Notes: generated from the letters alone by a model not told the origin. A stretch of DNA of 64,000 bases from Lentihominibacter sp. (GCA_051882875.1 JBJESQ010000043.1:7284-71283), one strand, 5' to 3'. Counted from the stretch's first letter, positions 17,821 to 26,922 are shown. Translations and numbers: made by a program.

Positions 17821-17877
17821 ACGGAATTTTCAGCAAAACTTGTCAAAATTTTGATTCCTTGCTGAAAAATCAGTACC
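17821..17877. repeat. Palindromic intergenic unit, TTTTCAGCAAAA family
   Basis: ACGGAATTTTCAGCAAAA-N20-TTGCTGAAAAATCAGTACC, related to units at 33253 and 62805-63032. Confidence 0.7.
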
Positions 17878-17904
17878 TGAGGTATATGAAACAATTCGCG
17901 CGGA

Positions 17905-18523
17905 CACCAATAGGCTCGTATCCGAATGCTGCGCTGCCGGCGGTCTACCGGGCCGGCAGCCGCAAGCAGCAAACCAATATTCAAAAGCCGTCATTGGGCG
18001 GACGATTACCTGCATTGTCCGCGACGGCTTGGTTACTTGCGTCCGGCTAGCAGTGTTATTCAAACAGGCAGCCTTCGTCATCTGCACATTATGTGCCACT
18101 CGGCAACTGCATATTACAGCCTGACCTCAGCAATTGTTGAAGTAATCAAAGAAAATCCAAATTTGCTTCAAACAAGCCTTCTGAAACACCGATTCTATCA
18201 CCTAAATTTTTCCAATTGTTGTAAATATCCTTAGCAAAAAATTATTGCTTCAACATTTTTGCGATTCTGTTGAAGCAATTTAATTTATATTGAGAATGCT
18301 TCAAATCGGCTCCTGAAATGAGCCCATTTCAGGGCTAAAAATCAACGTCTGTTGAAGCAAATATGAGAAATCTGCAATTACTTCAACAGGCAGCCTGCCT
18401 CGCGAGCTCTAAGCCCTCTGCCGACCAACCGTCAGGCCTGAGGACTTAGCAGGTAGCGGCCGGCCCAGAAGGTCGCCGGAGAAATGAGCCGGCCCAGAAG
18501 GCAGCAGGAGAAGTGAGCCGGCC
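17905..18523 (+). repeat. ~620-bp non-coding composite repeat element, copy A
   Basis: Reverse complement of 48693-49376 over essentially its whole length, with scattered substitutions and tandem-unit copy-number differences. Confidence 0.92.
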
Positions 18524-18571
18524 CCCCGGATAAAAGGTTGTAATTTCCCGCCGTAAATATATAATTGAGCT

Positions 18572-19279
18572 ATGAATAATCTATTTATTGAAGGCCCGAT
18601 TCAGAGGGGCAAATCAACTTTAATAAGAGAAGTACTGAAAAAATTCTACGGTCCCGGGCTTGATGGCTGTACCGCTGTCGCCGGCGGCAGAGGCGTTGGG
18701 GGATTTACTGTGCAGAGGATGACATTCCCCACTCAGGGTGCTGATAAGCGTTTCGGATTCAGACTTATGGAAGCATCGGCGCCCATAAGGGCACACACCT
18801 GTGTGGTTGCAGCTGATGAGGACTTGCTGCGGAGCGATGGTGTATTCAAGGTGATTGGTCCTTCCGGGGGCAGGACCAACATGAAAGTCTTCGAAACAAA
18901 GGCAGTGACGCTCATGGAGCAGGCGGCAGTCGATGCTGCGAAAGGCCGCATCAGCATGATACTTCTTGACGAAATCGGCGGTCACGAGCTGGCATGTCCC
19001 AGCTTCTGCAATAAACTGTACGAGCTGCTGGATTCGGATATTCCATGCATCGGCGTCATCAAGCACCCGGACAGTGCCCGTCGCATGGATCCGGCAATCG
19101 CCAATGCCAACGAAGAACTCCACAAAAAAATCACCGGGCCCCATGGGGAGCACGGTGAAATCCTCTATTTCGACGCCCCGGTGCATTGCGGTATCCCGGT
19201 GTTATCCAATAACGACCCGGATTCTTCCGGCGACGCTGTCAGAACCGCACTGGAAGAGTTCATCGCACGATTTATCTGA
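18572..19279 (+). CDS. P-loop nucleoside-triphosphatase (THEP1/NTPase_1-like)
   Basis: MNNLFIEGPIQRGKST Walker A and MILLDEIGGHE Walker B. Confidence 0.8.
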   Translation: MNNLFIEGPIQRGKSTLIREVLKKFYGPGLDGCTAVAGGRGVGGFTVQRMTFPTQGADKRFGFRLMEASAPIRAHTCVVAADEDLLRSDGVFKVIGPSGGRTNMKVFETKAVTLMEQAAVDAAKGRISMILLDEIGGHELACPSFCNKLYELLDSDIPCIGVIKHPDSARRMDPAIANANEELHKKITGPHGEHGEILYFDAPVHCGIPVLSNNDPDSSGDAVRTALEEFIARFI

Positions 19280-19292
19280 TTACAAGACGCTA

Positions 19293-19850
19293 CTATTTAA
19301 CAATAACGCAGCTGCCGTGAAGGTCCCCCAGGGGAACCAGCTTTAATGGCGGCTGCCCTGCTGCCGCAAGCTCTTCCTCGAACTCTGCGACGGCTTTTTT
19401 TATTCCTTCAAACTGCAGGTTGTTATAGTCGTGAAGAACGATAGCACCTCCCGGATTCAGTCTCTCATAGAAGAACCTGAGCCCTGCAAGAGCCGGCCCA
19501 TACAAATCCGGATCAATGCTGACGAAGGCAAACTCAGAATCAGAAATATCCGCCGCAGTCTCCGGAAAATAGCCTTTGCGCACAATGCACCGGTCCGGGT
19601 AAGGCATGCGAGCTAATACTCCCTCAACGGAGGTATCGCCAAAATCCCCTGCCTTTGCATAGGATAGTCTGCCGTCGGGATGAACATCGCTTCCCTGCTG
19701 CTCCGCGGCAATATCCCTCTCGTCAAACCCTTCGAAGGTATCAAACAGGTACAGCTTCCTGTCAGGAAACAGACCGTTCAGCAGCACTGCCGTGTCACCC
19801 TTGTAAACCCCAAGCTCAGCAACGGCGCCGATAATCACAACCTTCTTCAT
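19293..19850 (-). CDS. TylF/MycF-family methyltransferase, probably N-terminally deleted
   Basis: AELGVYKG, LYLFDTFEGF, FVSIDPDLY and GGAIVLHDY motifs. The N-terminus MKKVVIIGA joins directly to motif I. Confidence 0.75.
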   Translation of the reverse strand: MKKVVIIGAVAELGVYKGDTAVLLNGLFPDRKLYLFDTFEGFDERDIAAEQQGSDVHPDGRLSYAKAGDFGDTSVEGVLARMPYPDRCIVRKGYFPETAADISDSEFAFVSIDPDLYGPALAGLRFFYERLNPGGAIVLHDYNNLQFEGIKKAVAEFEEELAAAGQPPLKLVPLGDLHGSCVIVK

Positions 19851-19874
19851 TCAAGCCTCCATATACCGTACACG

Positions 19875-20306
19875 TTACAGCAGCTCCTCCAGAATGTTGC
19901 AGGCTGTCACCGCCAGCTTAGGGCAGATTTTTCCCAGCAGCCCCTTCTGCATTATTTCCTCCATGTCCTCAGGAATCTTGTACCCCAGAATCTCGCTGCA
20001 TATCAGTGAGCCGTGCTCTGCGATGAAGGCCTCCTCAAACTCGGCCTTCATTTTCATCATTTCTTCCTTGGCTTCAGCATCGTTCATTTTGCAGTGACCG
20101 TACTTCATGCCGATGGCCATCAGGGCGCCTGTAACGCAGCCGCAGGTGTTGCCGTGAAACATTCCGCCGCCGAAGCAGGCTCCTGCCTTGTACCCGAATT
20201 CCGGATCCATTCCCATGAGCTCCAGCCCGTGCCCGAAGGTTACCTGGGAGCAGTCAAGTCCCCCCTGATACATTTCCATTGCTTTCTCTTCAGTCATTCC
20301 TGCCAT
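19875..20306 (-). CDS. C-GCAxxG-C-C family putative redox protein
   Basis: DCSQ, GACFGGG, TCGCVTG and CPKL pattern. Confidence 0.88.
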   Translation of the reverse strand: MAGMTEEKAMEMYQGGLDCSQVTFGHGLELMGMDPEFGYKAGACFGGGMFHGNTCGCVTGALMAIGMKYGHCKMNDAEAKEEMMKMKAEFEEAFIAEHGSLICSEILGYKIPEDMEEIMQKGLLGKICPKLAVTACNILEELL

Positions 20307-20389
20307 AAATCCTACCTCCTAGTAATTTCATAATTTATTGCTTGCTTTAAAGGCGTCAGGACAATGTCCCGGCGCCTTTGTTAACATAA

Positions 20390-21661
20390 TTAATCAGTGA
20401 AAATGCAAAGGCTGTCCGTCCCGGCATAGCCTATCAGCGCAAGGCTGTTTGCCTTTGCAAGCTGAACTGCCCTGCCTGATATAGTGCCTTTGCCTGCCAT
20501 AACGGGAATGCCTGCCCGTATAACCTTCTTCACCATTTCACGGCTTACCCTGCCGCTGGTGAACAGGATGCAGTCGCTCATATCCACACCGTTTCTCACG
20601 GCCCATCCAATCACCTTATCGATGGCGCTGTGACGGCCTATATCCTCGCATTTAAACAGAATCTCCACACCATCGCCGCGGCCCCTTGCCAGCCGGCAGT
20701 TGTGTGCAGCCATTGTCTCCCTTCGCAAAGGCAGTATTTCCTCGAAATCCTTTGCCAGTGCGAAAATCCACTCCTTCTTCCAGGAGATGGGCTTTACCGG
20801 AAGCGGCTCATATCTGTCGGACTCATTGCCGGCAAACTGACCCCGCCTCGCTTCTCCCAAAGTCACCTCTGCCCGTGTTCCCTCCGCCGATATTCCAAGT
20901 GAAGACACCTCCTGCAGGCTGTTTATGAAGCCCTCGGCAATTAGCCACCCCAGCACCAGCTCTACCTGATACTGCGGCGTGCAGGGAACGGTCCCTGTGT
21001 AGAGGCCATTGACAAAAATCTCCAGGGAGTTCTCAAGAAGCATGTAATCGCTTCCCACCTCACGACTGCCGTCGGCTCTCACCCTTGTGAACTCGTTCGT
21101 TTCCACAAGGGGAAGCTCCGTGTCCTCATCTGATATTGCAGGCTCTCCGCCATTATCGTAGGCTGCCTCAATCAGGTCCACCAGCCTCTCAATGTCAGTT
21201 ATGGAGTTCACCACAGGGATGCCCCGGAACTCATCAAGAGCATTGGACACAACTCCGCTGCAGGCAACGGTCAGCTCATTTATCTGCTCTGCAAGGCTCT
21301 TGTCCCTGCCCTCTCCCGGATACTCCCCGGTAAGTCCCGTAACAACATTAGGGCAGTTCAGGTCAACATGGCTCTCTATTACCACCCAGTCGTTGTCATA
21401 ATGCCTCAGAATCTCCCGAAGATTCATCCTGCTGCCGAACATTATGTTGGTCTCGTCGTGGCAGCGGGCGGTAACGGGATCAGCACCGGCCCTTTTGTGC
21501 TTGCCGGTGTCAGCACTGTCCGAGTCCATTGTGAAGCCGTCAATGTGTATGCCCTTCACGGAGCCTACTGAATAGCCCCGCCGCACCAGCTCGGAAATAA
21601 TATTAGTAACCGTGGTTGTCTTCCCGGTTTTTTTTCGTCCCTGAATGTTTACTACCTTCAT
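20390..21661 (-). CDS. MobB-FdhD fusion (molybdopterin-guanine dinucleotide biosynthesis protein B fused to sulfurtransferase FdhD)
   Basis: N-terminal GRKKTGKTT...VGSVKGIH...DTGKH (MobB P-loop). C-terminal LLENSLEIFVNG...AAHNC...EDIGRHSAIDKVIG...TSGRVS (FdhD). Confidence 0.88.
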   Translation of the reverse strand: MKVVNIQGRKKTGKTTTVTNIISELVRRGYSVGSVKGIHIDGFTMDSDSADTGKHKRAGADPVTARCHDETNIMFGSRMNLREILRHYDNDWVVIESHVDLNCPNVVTGLTGEYPGEGRDKSLAEQINELTVACSGVVSNALDEFRGIPVVNSITDIERLVDLIEAAYDNGGEPAISDEDTELPLVETNEFTRVRADGSREVGSDYMLLENSLEIFVNGLYTGTVPCTPQYQVELVLGWLIAEGFINSLQEVSSLGISAEGTRAEVTLGEARRGQFAGNESDRYEPLPVKPISWKKEWIFALAKDFEEILPLRRETMAAHNCRLARGRGDGVEILFKCEDIGRHSAIDKVIGWAVRNGVDMSDCILFTSGRVSREMVKKVIRAGIPVMAGKGTISGRAVQLAKANSLALIGYAGTDSLCIFTD

Positions 21662-21670
21662 ATGCAGAAG

Positions 21671-21844
21671 CTATTTCTTTATTGTAATTACGATATCCTT
21701 ATCTTCTTCGTAGCCCTTTAATGCCTCCAGCATTCCAAGGATGGAGTTTCCAACGATTTCCTTAACAAAGGGCAGCATTGACATCTCCTTGTCGCCTATT
21801 TTCACCTCGATATCGTATTTCATATCTCTGTCTGCGTGTGCCAT
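21671..21844 (-). CDS. 57-aa conserved small protein resembling the C-terminal extension of some MobB proteins (not in the ORF track)
   Basis: SD AGGAGG, then MAHADRDMKYDIEVKIGDKEMSMLPFVKEIVGNSILGMLEALKGYEEDKDIVITIKK. It fills the gap between thiF and mobB-fdhD exactly. Confidence 0.8.
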   Translation of the reverse strand: MAHADRDMKYDIEVKIGDKEMSMLPFVKEIVGNSILGMLEALKGYEEDKDIVITIKK

Positions 21845-21873
21845 TTCATCCTCCTGTGCTTTAGCGCTTCTGT

Positions 21874-22566
21874 TTAAAACTCAATTACCTCATAGTCCTG
21901 ATTCAGCAGGTCTATTGTCAGCAGCCGCCCTGCCAGGGTCTCCTCTTTTCCAAGCAGCACCTTTACCGTCTCTGCCACCTGAATTCCGGAAACCACCGCC
22001 GGCGTAAATGGCGGATTCGTAGGCTTCTCATCCTCCCCCGGGTCATCCGCTTCCTCGCCGTAAATTTCATGCAAAAGCCCCATACCCGGCATTATTACTC
22101 CCACCTGTCCATGCCATCCGCCGATGGCGCCGTGAATCAGCGGTATGTTTTCTTCACCGCAGGCATCCTCCAGGGCAAGTCTTGCCTTCACATTATCCAG
22201 AGCATCAACAACCGCATCGTGTCCCCTGATGAAGTCTGCCGCGTTGTCTGAATCCAGGAGAGCCTGAATGGAATCAACCTGAACGGAATCGTTAATTGCC
22301 CTCATCTGGAGCTTGGCCTCTACTGCCTTTGCATGTCCCAGATTGTCCTGGTTTGACAGCACCTGGCGGTTGAGGTTTGTTTCGTCAAATACGTCACCGT
22401 CTATTACCGTGAGTCTGCCTACTCCAATCCGCACAAGGCCCTCGATAATGCCGCCCCCCAGGCCGCCGCAGCCAACCACGCAGACGGACTTTGCTGCCAG
22501 GAGCTGCTGCTCTTCCTCGGAAATTGTGCCGATGTTTCTGGTATATCTTTTATCCATAGTAATCAT
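21874..22566 (-). CDS. HesA/MoeB/ThiF family adenylyltransferase
   Basis: RYTRN, VVGCGGLGG, DGDVFDETNLNRQ and DALDN motifs. Confidence 0.93.
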   Translation of the reverse strand: MITMDKRYTRNIGTISEEEQQLLAAKSVCVVGCGGLGGGIIEGLVRIGVGRLTVIDGDVFDETNLNRQVLSNQDNLGHAKAVEAKLQMRAINDSVQVDSIQALLDSDNAADFIRGHDAVVDALDNVKARLALEDACGEENIPLIHGAIGGWHGQVGVIMPGMGLLHEIYGEEADDPGEDEKPTNPPFTPAVVSGIQVAETVKVLLGKEETLAGRLLTIDLLNQDYEVIEF

Positions 22567-22799
22567 CCGCCGTATACCTTGCTGAAGGCCTTCAGATAAT
22601 CTCCGTCATGGAGCTCGGTGTGTATGTCCACTCTCATTTTGTTAACGGATACGAAGCCGAGAGTCTTGTTGTCTCTGTAATCTATTCCCATGCTCATCAG
22701 AGCATCATGGCATGTGCTTCCCTCAGGAAGCTCAAGAATTCTCTCTTCATCGCCGTATTTCTTTTTCATTGTGCCTCGCATGGCAAGTGTTATTTTCAT
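22563..22799 (-). CDS. MoaD/ThiS family sulfur carrier
   Basis: Ubiquitin-like 78 aa ending in YGG. Start moved to ATG 22799. Confidence 0.88.
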   Translation of the reverse strand: MKITLAMRGTMKKKYGDEERILELPEGSTCHDALMSMGIDYRDNKTLGFVSVNKMRVDIHTELHDGDYLKAFSKVYGG

Positions 22800-22899
22800 A
22801 TCTTGTCCTTTCAAATCAATGTGATTGCAAATAAATAGAGCAGCAAAGTCTGAACCTTGCCACTCCATTATACATCATTTACGGAAATCTATCAGTATT

Positions 22900-24729
22900 T
22901 TACAGAAGTGTTCTGATTAATTCGTACGGCAGTGTACCGTCCTTGTTCCATCCCATTACTTCATAGTACTGGTCAAGCATGTCTTCAAATGCTTCAGGCG
23001 GAATTACCTGTCCTGCTGCAGGACCGTTTGACAGCTTGTCTCTTACTACTCTTTCAGGAACTGTATCGTGTCTTCTGTCGAAGCCTTCTCTCTGGTTGAA
23101 TGCTCTGCCGATGTTGAGAACTCTTCTTCCTACAGCTGCCATATCGTCCTCTGTCCATTCCTTGCCGGTGATGAGAGTCAGCAGCTCTGACATGATTGCA
23201 TAGTCAACTGTTCCCCAGAGGTCACAGAGGCAGCAGCTGAACTTGATTGCATTGAACTCACCGAGGTTATATACAATCTGTCCCTTGCCTTCCGGTGTGT
23301 ACGGAGGAACTGATGCTGCGAATACTTCTTCGTTAGGTGCATATGCTCTCATGTGGCATGCGCCTCTGTCTGATACTGCATATGACATTGCCATGCCCCA
23401 TGATCCACGCGGCTCATACTGAGGGTATTCAAGACCCTTAACCTGCATTGCGATGTCAAATCCGCCGTACTTCTCGGCTGCATACTTAACGCCGTTTGCC
23501 AGGTCTGAATAGAAGCCTTCTTCCCTTCTGGCCAGCTTCTCAACATATTCGCACATCTTGTCGGCTTCACCCCAGTGAATTCCGAAGTCGTAGCGGCCTG
23601 TTTCTGTCATTTCCATTGCCCATACGAGTGTGTCTCCTGTTGAGATTGTGTCAACACCCATGTTATCGCAAACCTGGTTGAACTTAACAATCTTCTGAGG
23701 ATCTGTATTGCCGGCGTTCGGGCCTGCTACTGCAGATGTTTCATACTCAGGTCCTTCACAGATAGCGTCGCCCATCTTGATGAAGTTACCGCATCCCAGA
23801 CCGCAGCTTCCGCAGCCTCTCTTGCCTTCTCTGTAAGGGAGTACTGCTGCGTCGTTGTACTTCTCCCATTCAGGGTCAGTTGTATCTGAGAAGTTCTTAT
23901 ACGGCATGATTCCGCCTTCCTGACATCCTTCCAGGAATGCGTAAGTACCAACGTCGAATACGAATTCGTTTTCTTCGTCCAGGCAGCTCTCATGGAGAAT
24001 CTCAAGGATTCTGTCTGTGGTTTCCTTGATGTTAGGAACCTTAACGCCCTTGCTTCCTCTAATCATAATGGCTTTCATCTTCTTGGAACCCATTACTGCA
24101 CCGATACCGCCACGGCCGGCCTGTCTGTAGTAGTCTGAGTTGATGCATGCCATATTTGAAAGGTTCTCACCTGCAGGTCCGATTGAGAGGCATGAGAACT
24201 CTCTGCCGTACTGGTCAATCAGCTGAGCTTCTGCTTCGTGTGAACCAAGTCCCCAGAGATTCTGAGCACCGAGGAATTCAACTCTGTCATCGTCGATAAC
24301 AACATATCCCGGCTCTGACAGCTGTCCTTCGAACACTATCATGTCATATCCGGCAAACTTCACTCTGATTCCTGCGTGTCCGCCGATTGAGCAGTCGTTC
24401 ATAGTTCCTGTTGCAGGTGACTTGGCTGCTACCGACAGCTTACCTGAGCAAGGAATCGGTGTTCCTGACATAGGACCTGTTGTTAAATACAGGTTGTTTT
24501 CAGGTCCGAGAGGATCGATTCCCGGCTTAAGTTCTTCATACATGTATCTGATTACCAGACCCTTGGAACCAACGTACTTCTCAGCAAAATCCATTCTGAG
24601 AGGCTCGATAGTTGCTTCTTTCTTAGTGAGGTTGATTCTCAGAACTGCGTTCTGATAAGCGCTCATTACAGTCTGCTTCGGATCGGCAGCCTGCTGTGCA
24701 TATTTTTCCTTTAATACCTTTGCGTTCAT
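22900..24729 (-). CDS. Aldehyde:ferredoxin oxidoreductase family protein (tungsten-type AOR/WOR) 1
   Basis: KSPATG, GRGGIGAVMGSKKMKAI, CGSCGLGC, GPEYET, CDNMGVDTIS and RGACH motifs. Confidence 0.95.
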   Translation of the reverse strand: MNAKVLKEKYAQQAADPKQTVMSAYQNAVLRINLTKKEATIEPLRMDFAEKYVGSKGLVIRYMYEELKPGIDPLGPENNLYLTTGPMSGTPIPCSGKLSVAAKSPATGTMNDCSIGGHAGIRVKFAGYDMIVFEGQLSEPGYVVIDDDRVEFLGAQNLWGLGSHEAEAQLIDQYGREFSCLSIGPAGENLSNMACINSDYYRQAGRGGIGAVMGSKKMKAIMIRGSKGVKVPNIKETTDRILEILHESCLDEENEFVFDVGTYAFLEGCQEGGIMPYKNFSDTTDPEWEKYNDAAVLPYREGKRGCGSCGLGCGNFIKMGDAICEGPEYETSAVAGPNAGNTDPQKIVKFNQVCDNMGVDTISTGDTLVWAMEMTETGRYDFGIHWGEADKMCEYVEKLARREEGFYSDLANGVKYAAEKYGGFDIAMQVKGLEYPQYEPRGSWGMAMSYAVSDRGACHMRAYAPNEEVFAASVPPYTPEGKGQIVYNLGEFNAIKFSCCLCDLWGTVDYAIMSELLTLITGKEWTEDDMAAVGRRVLNIGRAFNQREGFDRRHDTVPERVVRDKLSNGPAAGQVIPPEAFEDMLDQYYEVMGWNKDGTLPYELIRTLL

Positions 24730-24744
24730 GACTGTCCTCCTTCC

Positions 24745-25131
24745 TTACTCAAATGTCAGTGCGTTATGCGGACAAGTCTTAACACAGTTAGGATCTCCCT
24801 TACATGTGTCACAGATGTACGCAATATCGTCTCTGAGTCTTACAACGTGCTTAGGGCATTCATCTGCGCAAAGTCCGCAGCCAATGCACTTCTCAGGATC
24901 AACTTCGATGTATTCTCCGAATTTAATGGCATCGGCAGGACACGCCTTGGCACATCTGCCACAGAGGATGCAGTAGCTGTCATCATACTTCAGTGCTCCT
25001 CTATCGTAATATGATTCGATAAAGATTCTTGCCTTTGAAGGAACGTACTCCCCTTCTTTATAGGCAGAACAAACCTGAGAGCAAAGCTGGCATCCAATAC
25101 AAAGTTCTTTTTTGAATTTGAGTCTCTTCAT
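24745..25131 (-). CDS. 4Fe-4S dicluster protein (AOR electron-transfer subunit)
   Basis: Several CxxCxxCxxxCP motifs. Start moved to ATG 25131. Confidence 0.92.
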   Translation of the reverse strand: MKRLKFKKELCIGCQLCSQVCSAYKEGEYVPSKARIFIESYYDRGALKYDDSYCILCGRCAKACPADAIKFGEYIEVDPEKCIGCGLCADECPKHVVRLRDDIAYICDTCKGDPNCVKTCPHNALTFE

Positions 25132-25172
25132 TTGCTTGCTTCCTTTCCTATAAAATAAACTCATTTTTTACC

Positions 25173-25223
25173 AAAAAAAACAGCAAAGCAAAACCTGCCT
25201 GTCTATCGGCGGGTCTCCTTTGC
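25173..25223 (-). terminator. Intrinsic terminator overlapping the riboswitch 3' strand
   Basis: Minus strand GCAAAG-G-AGACCCGCC-loop-GGCAGGTTTT-G-CTTTGC, then TG and U8. Confidence 0.7.
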
Positions 25224-25300
25224 ACAATGGCAGGTCCGCAGATCGCTCCCCGGGCCCTGACGTTTTCACCGACTCCGTGAGCCCTGTGAAAATCGGAGAT
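25213..25300 (-). ncRNA. Moco-family riboswitch aptamer lacking P3 (tungsten-cofactor-associated subtype)
   Basis: Minus strand TCTCCGA-[TTTTCAC..GTGAAAA]-AGGG-[stem with GCGA tetraloop]-CCT-GC-CATTGT-GC-AAAGGAGA. This matches the Moco motif end CCTCCCGTATTTGGAAAGG with a compensatory C-G to G-C change in P5. Confidence 0.72.
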
Positions 25301-25327
25301 AATATTCACTTGCTTGCGTTCAGAATT

Positions 25328-25357
25328 ATTATACATTATCCTGCAAAACAATGTCAA
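25328..25357 (-). promoter_or_regulatory. Sigma-A promoter TTGACA-N18-TATAAT for the ferredoxin-AOR1 operon
   Basis: Consensus hexamers lie just upstream of the aptamer. The -35 box overlaps the stop codon of the upstream lipoprotein gene. Confidence 0.75.
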
Positions 25358-25848
25358 TTGAATTCGATGCGGTTCACCATTCTTATCCAGTATGCGGAGT
25401 CGGATTCCGGAATAATAACACGGCAAGGGGCAGACTCCCTGTCCAGAGGCTCCCCGTCAATTCCGAAGGCCAGATATATATCGTGCTCCCTCAGATAGTC
25501 TCCCGTCAGCGGGACATCGTACTCGTCGATTCCATAAAATCTCAGGCTGCTGATGTCATCCTTTGACAGCCCGTACTGCTGAAGCAGGGTGCCCAGCTCC
25601 ACCCCAGTGGCTCTCACCTCTCCTATCTTGTCGCTGGTGCTGTGGGTCTTCACGGTCACGCAATCCATGGCCGCAAGCTCACCGATTGTCACCGCCGTAT
25701 CCTCCTGCTGAATGCCGCTGAGGACAATCTTCTCGTCCGCATAGCCGCTTATGTCGATATCGTCCGTCCCGCAGCCGCCCACGCAAAGGCATGCCATGCA
25801 GGCCATAATAATCCCTATTGTCAGTGTAACTGTTCTTTTAGCTTTCAT
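25354..25848 (-). CDS. Lipoprotein with an oxidoreductase molybdopterin-binding (sulfite-oxidase-like) domain
   Basis: Lipobox VGGC, followed by GVELGTLLQQYG...LRFYGIDEY...YLAFGIDGEPL...PCRVIIP...YWIRMVNRIEF, the clearest match to the Oxidored_molyb pattern in the window. Confidence 0.85.
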   Translation of the reverse strand: MKAKRTVTLTIGIIMACMACLCVGGCGTDDIDISGYADEKIVLSGIQQEDTAVTIGELAAMDCVTVKTHSTSDKIGEVRATGVELGTLLQQYGLSKDDISSLRFYGIDEYDVPLTGDYLREHDIYLAFGIDGEPLDRESAPCRVIIPESDSAYWIRMVNRIEFN

Positions 25849-25889
25849 GATGTTTCCCTTTGTCACCTGTTTACTGTTTCTGTTACCTG

Positions 25890-26204
25890 TTATTCTTCGA
25901 CTACGTAGTATTTGCCCGTTTCCGGGTCCTTGTAGACCTTGCCCATTTCCTGGAGATTGCTGTTCGCATCTATCTCTTCGGTTGCATTCTGCTCAACCCC
26001 TTCAACTTCATACTTTTTTTCAGGATTCTGAATTTCTCCCTTCTCAGTGACATCAACATTCCAGCTCATAATCAGTGCCAGAATCAAGCCACAGGCAAAA
26101 ACAAGCATCGCATCTGCCATATTTCCCAAGCCATCCATAGGGCTGAAGCTTTCGCTGCTGTGAGTTCGTCTGAGCCTGCCCTTATCTCGTATTCTCATTA
26201 CCAT
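25890..26204 (-). CDS. DUF2149-family small membrane protein
   Basis: SPMDGLGNMADAMLVFACGLILAL and MGKVYKDPETGKYY. Paralog of 12715-13035. Confidence 0.85.
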   Translation of the reverse strand: MVMRIRDKGRLRRTHSSESFSPMDGLGNMADAMLVFACGLILALIMSWNVDVTEKGEIQNPEKKYEVEGVEQNATEEIDANSNLQEMGKVYKDPETGKYYVVEE

Positions 26205-26910
26205 TTGCCTCCCGCTGCGCTTTAAGTTTCCGAGCATATGCAACGAACTGCTCCTTTGTTATTTCCTCCTCCGGTGCTTCTTCCCTGCCCTGTTCTTCAA
26301 GAACTGTTTCGAGAACTGTTTCAAGACCGATAACGTACTGCTCATACCAGCTTTTTCTGATTCCTGAAATAACGAAGCACACTGCTGCACTTATTAATCC
26401 CGCAACAGTTGTGTCGAAGGCGATGAGCATTGATCCAGACAGTGTTTTGGTATCACCCTGGCCTAATGCTATAAGCCCCGGACCCAGAGGTATCAGTGTT
26501 CCCATAAGGCCGAACATCGGTGCAACTCTTGCAATAATATCTGTGATTCTCACTATCTTGTTATAATGTGCCTCCTCATCGGCAAGGAGCTGTCTTGCTA
26601 GCGCTTCTCTTGTATCAAACGGCAAGCTGCTTCTGTTCAAAAGCTGCAGAACTGCATGTCTCTGTCTCTTAAGAAGACCGCTGTTATTTATCACATTCTT
26701 CAGTTCGTCTACAGTTTTACCCTGCATGCTGTCAATCAGTCCCGGAATATCGCCTTTGAGCTTCCTTCTCTCCGTAAACGCTTCCGCAATTATACTTCCA
26801 AGCATTATAATGGCAACTATGATCAGGATAATCAAAATTACTATTGTTGGTATCTGCAGCGAGCTGCTTATAAGCCTTAAAATATCTTTTACTGCTTCCG
26901 CCATAAACAA
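26182..26910 (-). CDS. MotA/TolQ/ExbB proton channel family protein
   Basis: APMFGLMGTLIPLGPG and AFDTTVAGL. Paralog of 13028-13807. Confidence 0.9.
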   Translation of the reverse strand: MFMAEAVKDILRLISSSLQIPTIVILIILIIVAIIMLGSIIAEAFTERRKLKGDIPGLIDSMQGKTVDELKNVINNSGLLKRQRHAVLQLLNRSSLPFDTREALARQLLADEEAHYNKIVRITDIIARVAPMFGLMGTLIPLGPGLIALGQGDTKTLSGSMLIAFDTTVAGLISAAVCFVISGIRKSWYEQYVIGLETVLETVLEEQGREEAPEEEITKEQFVAYARKLKAQREANGNENTR

Positions 26911-26922
26911 AATCCTCCAATG

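Noticed and set aside
17640-17830. GC-rich hairpins and a short tandem repeat upstream of the methyltransferase as a possible riboswitch
   Set aside because: I could not match them to any aptamer consensus and no terminator was evident.
17610-17984. 125-aa N-terminal extension of the methyltransferase ORF
   Set aside because: It runs through repeat and intergenic DNA. A good SD and a family-typical start lie at 17609.
17926-18234. 102-aa ORF inside repeat copy A, with matching pieces at 48991-49355
   Set aside because: The similarity simply reflects the DNA repeat. The frame is broken in copy B and there is no SD or recognisable domain.
18130-18390. Repeated TTGAAGCAA words as a possible CRISPR array
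   Set aside because: The words are only about 10 nt, alternate in orientation, are irregularly spaced, and no cas genes are present.
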